Shown here piece by piece: positions 58,761 to 64,000 of a stretch of DNA of 64,000 nucleotides. How positions within the stretch are numbered: the stretch's first letter is position 1; each line of letters opens with the position of its first letter. The notes under the pieces are model-generated. The model was not told where the DNA came from. It saw only the letters and a program-made list of their open reading frames with translations, and made no database searches. Source of the stretch: Chthoniobacterales bacterium (lineage in GTDB: Bacteria > Verrucomicrobiota > Verrucomicrobiia > Chthoniobacterales > UBA10450). The translations under genes were made by a program, and so were the position numbers. The stretch spans positions 18,880-82,879 of the forward strand of contig JACDCC010000225.1 of assembly GCA_013694595.1 (NCBI GenBank). The letters run 5' to 3'.

Positions 58761-60842
58761 ATGGCCTATCTCCGCTTTGTCTCTTATGCCATTCTGCTGC
58801 TGGGCTGGGTGGCCACTGCGTCGTCACAAGACGCCGTCGCCCGCGCAGTCATCGTCTCAGCGGATCGCCTTCCCGACGCCGCCTCTGGCGCACCCTTCAC
58901 CGTCGAAGTGATCGACGCCGAGGAACTCCGACGCGCACCTCAGCTGCGGCTCGATGAAATCCTGCGCGCACAGGTCCCCGGTTTCAGCTTGTTCCGCCGG
59001 AACAGCAGCCGCACCGCAAATCCGACCACGCAAGGCGTAACGCTGCGCAACTTCGGCCCGAGCGGCGCAGGACGCACTCTCGTGCTGCTCGACGGTATTC
59101 CGATCAACGATCCCTTTGCGGGTTACGTCCTGTGGAACCAGGTGCCACCAACCGCACTCTCGGCCGTGCTGGTGAATCCGGGAGGTGGCGCCGGGCTCTT
59201 CGGCAACGGCGCCCTCGCCGGTACGATCTTCCTGGAGTCCGCGCGAACGGACGAAAATACTGCGGCATTGCAGCTCGCAGCGGGTAACCTCGACACGATG
59301 GCTGCTTCGTCAGCGGGGCAGCTGGCACGCGAGCACCTGACGCTGTCGTTCTTTGCAGAAAGCTTTGCGACCGGCGGCCATCCGGTGGTGCAGGCAGAAC
59401 AGCGTGGGCCGGTCGACAACTCCGCCAGCTCCGACTCTCGCGTGGTGCAACTTGGAACCGCTGTGCAGTTGAACGACAGCTCGTCCTTGCGCGTGGTCGC
59501 TCGCGGCTTCGCTGAGAATCGCGGCAATGGGACGATCTACACCCGCAACGACACCGCCGGCGCCGACCTCAGCGCGGTGTTCACGACCAGGTTTCCTGAC
59601 ACGGATGCCGAGCTCCGCCTGAGCGGATATGGGCAACACCGCACCTACCAAAGCACCTTCAGCTCAGTGGATGCAGAGCGGAAGGTGGAAACACCGGCGC
59701 TCGATCAATTCAACGTGCCGGCCAATGCCGCTGGAGCCGCGGCCGTCTGGAGCATGGCGGCAGCCGCCGAGCATCGGCTGACGCTCGGCACTGATTATCG
59801 ATGGGTCGAGGGTGAAACGAATGAAGCATTCCGCTGGGATGGGCGCGGGTTCACGCGGCTGCGTCGCGCCGGCGGCGAGCAAGCCTTCCTTGGCATTTTC
59901 GCGGAGGAAACGTGGCAGCCATCGAGCAGCACCACCGTCGTCGGCGGCATGCGCTTCGATTACTGGCAACTCTTTGATGGATTCCGCGAAGAACGCGACG
60001 TCGCGACGCGCAGCACAATCCGCAGCGACCGATTCGACGACCGCGACGGCACGAGCCTGAACGGGCGCCTTGGTGCTCGCGTTGAACTAACGTCCGCCCT
60101 GTCGCTGCGCGGAGCTGGGTACACCGGCTTCCGTGTTCCAACCTTGAACGAGCTTTATCGCCCATTCCGCGTCGGCAATGACGTCACCGAAGCGAATGCG
60201 GAACTGAAGCCGGAGCGGCTCGTCGGCGGGGAGGTCGCGATAGAATGGCGGCCGATCAAGCCGCTTCGCATAACGAGCACTGCTTTTTTGAATCAACTTC
60301 GAAATGCAGTCGGGAACGTCACGATTGCCATGGGGCCCGGGACCTTCGAGCCCGGAGGCTTCGTTCCAGCCGGCGGCGTCTTGCGCCAGCGACAGAACAT
60401 CGACGTGGTGCTCGCGCCTGGGTTCGACTTCTCCTGTGAGTTCCAGATCTCGGAAGCCGTGACATTGAAGGCCAGCTACCTCTTTACCGACCCAACGATC
60501 CACAAAGCAGCTGACGCAGCACTCCGCGGCAACCTGCTTGCGCAAACGCCGCAGCATTCCGCCGCGGCGACGGCGGAGTGGAAGCCGGTGCAGAGATTGC
60601 TGCTGAGCGCGCAACTCCGCTATGTGGGCAAGCAGTTTGAGGACGACCAGAATTCTCGACAGCTCGCTGCCTTCACGACGGTCGACGCAGCACTCTTCTA
60701 CGATTTCTCGGATCGCGTTTCTGCGGGATTGAAAATTGAGAATCTGTTCGACGCTGAAATCGAGACCGGCAAATCGGCAACGGGGCTGGTCAACATCGGA
60801 GCCCCACGCGCGGTGACGGTTCAGCTGCGCACTAGCCTCTAA
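58761..60842 (+). CDS. TonB-dependent outer-membrane receptor
   Basis: Signal peptide MAYLRFVSYAILLLGWVATASSQ. Plug domain (VIVSADRL...QGVTLRNFGPSGAGRTLVLLDGIPINDPF). A ~560-aa beta-barrel. The track ORF start at 58062 reads through the tRNA and the antisense of the small basic gene, so I trimmed it. Confidence 0.85.
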   Translation: MAYLRFVSYAILLLGWVATASSQDAVARAVIVSADRLPDAASGAPFTVEVIDAEELRRAPQLRLDEILRAQVPGFSLFRRNSSRTANPTTQGVTLRNFGPSGAGRTLVLLDGIPINDPFAGYVLWNQVPPTALSAVLVNPGGGAGLFGNGALAGTIFLESARTDENTAALQLAAGNLDTMAASSAGQLAREHLTLSFFAESFATGGHPVVQAEQRGPVDNSASSDSRVVQLGTAVQLNDSSSLRVVARGFAENRGNGTIYTRNDTAGADLSAVFTTRFPDTDAELRLSGYGQHRTYQSTFSSVDAERKVETPALDQFNVPANAAGAAAVWSMAAAAEHRLTLGTDYRWVEGETNEAFRWDGRGFTRLRRAGGEQAFLGIFAEETWQPSSSTTVVGGMRFDYWQLFDGFREERDVATRSTIRSDRFDDRDGTSLNGRLGARVELTSALSLRGAGYTGFRVPTLNELYRPFRVGNDVTEANAELKPERLVGGEVAIEWRPIKPLRITSTAFLNQLRNAVGNVTIAMGPGTFEPGGFVPAGGVLRQRQNIDVVLAPGFDFSCEFQISEAVTLKASYLFTDPTIHKAADAALRGNLLAQTPQHSAAATAEWKPVQRLLLSAQLRYVGKQFEDDQNSRQLAAFTTVDAALFYDFSDRVSAGLKIENLFDAEIETGKSATGLVNIGAPRAVTVQLRTSL

Positions 60843-60915
60843 GTCGCCGCAGCAAAACCATCCGCGGAGCGAAAAAGCGCCGGAAAATCTGCCTGCGCAG
60901 GTTACGGTTATTACG

Positions 60916-61713
60916 ATGGCCGCTGAGGATCCGCCGACATTAGAGGGGCTTGAAGTTCGGACCTATTTTGTGCGGGAGCGCAATGCGTTAGTCGCGCGCG
61001 CTGAATTCGGGGAGCTTTACGTCGACTACTACCTTCACCAGGGGCAGTACGGCTACAATCACGCGCCGCAGCATGACGGTTTGCTGAAGGAAGCGCTCGC
61101 TGCGCTCACCTTGCACTGCGCGTCACGGCCGTGGAACGAAGCGTGGGCTTGGACGATTCATTTTCACCGCCCGCTCATCAATCTGTTCGTCACGGGCGAC
61201 AACCGTCGCGGCATCATCGTGGGCCAGATCTTCACCGAGAATGTGAAGGACGACGGGCGGAATCTCTTCTGCGCGGACCTGGTGCGGGAGCGGGACGCAT
61301 CGCGGCGCAGCACGATCGAGTTCGTGGGAAACGAGCCCTTTTCGATCGTGGAGGAGTTCTACAGTCAGAGCGAGCAGCGGCCGGCCCGCTATTTTCGGAA
61401 TGGGCCCGAAGACTTCGTGATGGTGTCAGCGCAGCCGGGCTGTGATCTCGCGTGGTTCCACGATCTCGATGACGAGCAGGTTCGTCGGCTAGATGACACC
61501 GAAACACTGAGCTTGCTCGAGCAGCGCTCCTATCGCTGGGGCTGCGGCTGCTCGCAGGAACGGATGTTCTCCATCCTCGGACCGATGATGCGGACCGACC
61601 CGGAAGCGCTCTTCGGTGGTGAAGTGCTGCTGCGCATTAGCTGCCCGTGTTGTGGCGCACTGCACACGATCACGCGAGAGTCGCTGGAAGCGTACGTGGC
61701 GGAAACAAGTTGA
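60916..61713 (+). CDS. hslO: Hsp33-family redox-regulated chaperone (divergent)
   Basis: C-terminal zinc switch CGC-x27-CPCC (WGCGCSQERMFSILG...LLRISCPCCGALHTITRESL). Size and position of the motif fit Hsp33. Confidence 0.7.
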   Translation: MAAEDPPTLEGLEVRTYFVRERNALVARAEFGELYVDYYLHQGQYGYNHAPQHDGLLKEALAALTLHCASRPWNEAWAWTIHFHRPLINLFVTGDNRRGIIVGQIFTENVKDDGRNLFCADLVRERDASRRSTIEFVGNEPFSIVEEFYSQSEQRPARYFRNGPEDFVMVSAQPGCDLAWFHDLDDEQVRRLDDTETLSLLEQRSYRWGCGCSQERMFSILGPMMRTDPEALFGGEVLLRISCPCCGALHTITRESLEAYVAETS

Positions 61714-61776
61714 CGGTGAGCGGTCGTCGCCGCTCAGTTGCACGCCGGCTGCCCGGACGAATTTTCGCCGCCCTCC

Positions 61777-62574
61777 ATGGAGTTCTACGTTTATCTCAAC
61801 GGCGCGACGCGCGGGCCGCTGAGCGAGGAAAGAGTGCAGACGTTGCTGGCGGACGGAGTCTTGCAACCATCTGATCTGGCCGCGGATCAACCTGACGGTG
61901 AATGGAAGGCGCTCGCAGACTTCCGGCGATTTCATGCGATCGCGGTGAGAGCGATTGCCGCTGCAGATGAAGCGACGCCGGAGCCGCAAATTCCGGCCGA
62001 GCGTTCTTTCGTGACGCCAACAGCATCACCTCCCCCGATTCCGCCATCTGCTGCTCGTCTCGGCCTGTCGCGGTTGCCAGTGGACGCGCTGGGATCATAT
62101 GCGCGCGCCACGCTCACGCCGGACGAGACGCCGTTCTACAAGACATCACTCCATTGGGTGGTGTTCATGCGCTTCGCGATCATGGCGCTGCTCGTCTTTC
62201 TGTTCATCGCAATGCCGTTCGCGATCGGCCTCCAGGCGTTGACCGGATCGGAACTCGGCTGGTTCGCCCTCCCACTTCCCGCCTTGATGATGCTCCCGCC
62301 GACGCTCGCCTTCGCAAGCAGTGAACTGGTCGTCACGGACCGACGCGTCCTCATCAAGACTGGCGTCGTCCGGCGGCAAACGCTCGAGCTGTTCATCTCC
62401 CGGATCGAGTCCATCGCGATCGACCAGGGCGTGCTCGGACGGATGTGGGATTACGGCACGGTCGTGATCCGCGGCACCGGCGGATCAGAAGAAGTCTTCG
62501 AGGCAATTGCTCATCCGGTCGAGTTCCGGAATTCGGTGCAAAGATTGCAGAGCGGACACGCGACGACTCGTTAG
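61777..62574 (+). CDS. Membrane protein: N-terminal GYF_2/DUF4339-like domain plus bacterial PH (YdbS/YdbT, bPH_2)-like domain
   Basis: MEFYVYLNGATRGPLSEERVQTLLADGVLQPSDLAADQPDGEWKALADF. Two transmembrane helices. ELVVTDRRVLIKTGVVRRQTLELFISRIESIAIDQGVLGRMWDYGTVVIRGTGG. Confidence 0.65.
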   Translation: MEFYVYLNGATRGPLSEERVQTLLADGVLQPSDLAADQPDGEWKALADFRRFHAIAVRAIAAADEATPEPQIPAERSFVTPTASPPPIPPSAARLGLSRLPVDALGSYARATLTPDETPFYKTSLHWVVFMRFAIMALLVFLFIAMPFAIGLQALTGSELGWFALPLPALMMLPPTLAFASSELVVTDRRVLIKTGVVRRQTLELFISRIESIAIDQGVLGRMWDYGTVVIRGTGGSEEVFEAIAHPVEFRNSVQRLQSGHATTR

Positions 62575-63311
62575 CCGCGGCGGAAGAAATCGTCGAAGGA
62601 ACGCTCGACGCGCTCGAACAGCCGTTCCGCGTCACGTTTGGTACGACGGAAGAGCCGTTTAATCTCGGCTTTGACGACGTTGTCGTCTCCGTCGCCACTC
62701 TCCACCTCTTCCGTTTCGTCCTCGCCCCCGCGCGAACGACCGGTGCCGCGGCGCGGCGGCGCATCCTGCACTGCCTCCGTCATGTTCCGGCCGCGGAACA
62801 TTCCTTCCACTCGCGTCACATTGCCTTTGTTGGCGCCGATGTGAATCGTCCCCACCGGCTGGCGCCGCTCATCTTGCAACGTCACCAGCCACACCGGATT
62901 TCCGCGCGTGTCGGTGCGCAAGGTGTAGTTCACGAGCGCAAACGTCACGTGTGATTTGTCGGCTGTATAACTGGCGACGCTGAACGCTCCGCTCGAGTCG
63001 AGATTCAGGCGAGCAGTGTTGATCGTGGCGCCGGCGCTCACGCCTTCGCCGACGGGAGTGCGCTGCTCGACGATCTGCCCACCGGACACTTCAATCTCGC
63101 GCACGCCGCCTACCGCCGCGCGATCCGCGACCCGCACCGTCCACGTCTCGGGCTGCGGATCTCCGTTCGTGCCGCGCACGGAAATGACGCGGCTCACGAG
63201 GCGGCGATCGATCTGCGTGCCGACGACGCGGAGCGCATCGTAGGCCGTGCCCTGCTCCTGCGCGAGCGCGGACGAAATCATGAACGCAACGATGAGGCAC
63301 GACCGCCACAT
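62571..63311 (-). CDS. Secreted hypothetical protein with acidic/basic C-terminal tail
   Basis: Signal peptide MWRSCLIVAFMISSALAQ from ATG 63311. Two beta-rich repeats. No family recognised. Confidence 0.5.
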   Translation of the reverse strand: MWRSCLIVAFMISSALAQEQGTAYDALRVVGTQIDRRLVSRVISVRGTNGDPQPETWTVRVADRAAVGGVREIEVSGGQIVEQRTPVGEGVSAGATINTARLNLDSSGAFSVASYTADKSHVTFALVNYTLRTDTRGNPVWLVTLQDERRQPVGTIHIGANKGNVTRVEGMFRGRNMTEAVQDAPPRRGTGRSRGGEDETEEVESGDGDDNVVKAEIKRLFRRTKRDAERLFERVERSFDDFFRRG

Positions 63312-63405
63312 GGCCGGTAACGAACCGCGCTTTCGTATGCTGTCCACCCGTTTTCGGTTGCAGAATTGAACCTGCACGCGTGTATGTTCAGCGTTCGTCC
63401 GGCCG

Positions 63406-63804
63406 ATGAAGAAGAAAGTCGAATTCTCCAGCCATACCGCGAATCTCGCTTTGATGCGGAAGTTCGTCCGGACGTTTCTGGACGCCTACCCCTTCTCAGA
63501 AAAAGAGCGGACGCTGATGGTGCTCGGCGTGGACGAGGCCTGCACGAACATCATTCGGCATGCCTATGATCTCCGCGACGATCAGCCGATCGCCCTTTCC
63601 GTGGAGGGGAAGCGCAATTGCGTCTGCATGCGCCTGCGCGATTACGGGCACCAGACGCCGCCCGAGAAGATGCAGGGGCGCGCGCACGATTTGATCAAGC
63701 CAGGCGGACTTGGATTGCACCTCATCCGGAACGCCTTCGACCAGGTCGATTACATCCTAAAGCGTCGTGGCACGGAGCTGGTGCTGACAAAGAAACTTGG
63801 ATAG
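63406..63804 (+). CDS. Anti-sigma regulatory factor / serine-protein kinase (RsbW/SpoIIAB-like HATPase_c)
   Basis: 132 aa. N-box-like VDEACTNIIRHAY and G-box-like LIKPGGLGLHLIRNAFDQVDY. Confidence 0.75.
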   Translation: MKKKVEFSSHTANLALMRKFVRTFLDAYPFSEKERTLMVLGVDEACTNIIRHAYDLRDDQPIALSVEGKRNCVCMRLRDYGHQTPPEKMQGRAHDLIKPGGLGLHLIRNAFDQVDYILKRRGTELVLTKKLG

Positions 63805-63827
63805 ATGCGTGTTGATGCCGCGACAGT

Positions 63828-63899
63828 TTGTAGGGCGTTTGTGTCAAACGCCGCTCTTCCACACGTAGCCGCTCGGCGTTTCACAGAAACGCCCTACAA
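63828..63899. repeat. Palindromic intergenic element, family 1 (copy 2 of 2)
   Basis: TTGTAGGGCG...CGCCCTACAA termini enclose the hairpins GGCGTTTG-TGT-CAAACGCC and GGCGTTTC-ACA-GAAACGCC. Same architecture as 380..443. Confidence 0.85.
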
Positions 63900-63927
63900 T
63901 GACCACCGCTGAAGCGGCGCTGCGCAG

Positions 63928-64000
63928 ATGAACCCGCCGGAACCAGATCCCTCCTTCGAAGTCTCGCTGCGGCCGCCTATGTTCAGCGAGTTCACCGGGC
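63928..64000 (+). CDS. ruvB: Holliday junction helicase RuvB, first 24 codons (runs off the window)
   Basis: MNPPEPDPSFEVSLRPPMFSEFTG matches the conserved RuvB N-terminal LRP..L.EF.GQ motif. The fragment is very short. Confidence 0.5.
   Translation, partial: MNPPEPDPSFEVSLRPPMFSEFTG

Overview
GC-rich bacterial chromosomal segment. It is most consistent with a Verrucomicrobiota genome. This is an inference from an Amuc_1098-1102-like secretin/pilus-like cluster, a FecR-domain surface protein, and characteristic palindromic intergenic repeats. I support about 60 protein genes, one tRNA-Val(TAC), one rho-independent terminator, two coding tandem repeats and seven copies of three intergenic palindromic repeat families.

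Most genes are housekeeping:
- Carbon and cofactor metabolism: treS-mak fusion, panE, ndh, moeB-rhodanese, UDP-xylose synthase, ilvE, tal, two aldo/keto reductases.
- Translation and RNA: ybeY, rpmI, rnd, rho, trpS, trmL.
- Proteostasis: clpS, mcsA-mcsB-clpC, hslO.
- Others: coaE, mlaEFD, xerC-like recombinase, purL-purF-purM, the start of ruvB.

The parts most worth a second look:
1. A two-gene surface operon (outer-membrane beta-barrel plus a roughly 1100-aa FecR / Pro-Thr-repeat / beta-helix-like protein) at 14.3-18.6 kb. It carries about nine reading-frame breaks, while every other long gene in the window is intact.
2. A convergent trio at 46.9-51.0 kb: a fused soluble-domain/CDP-alcohol-transferase membrane protein, a SPASM/twitch-type radical SAM enzyme and a class-III aminotransferase. 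It includes a 138-bp gene overlap and a nested 178-bp inverted-repeat structure. No function can be read from the sequence.
3. The Amuc_1100-type pilus-like cluster, which is translationally chained to coaE-rho-rnd.
4. The three palindromic repeat families. One copy supplies the purM start codon.

I saw no CRISPR array, rRNA, transposase or prophage. All family assignments come from reading motifs by eye; no database search was possible.
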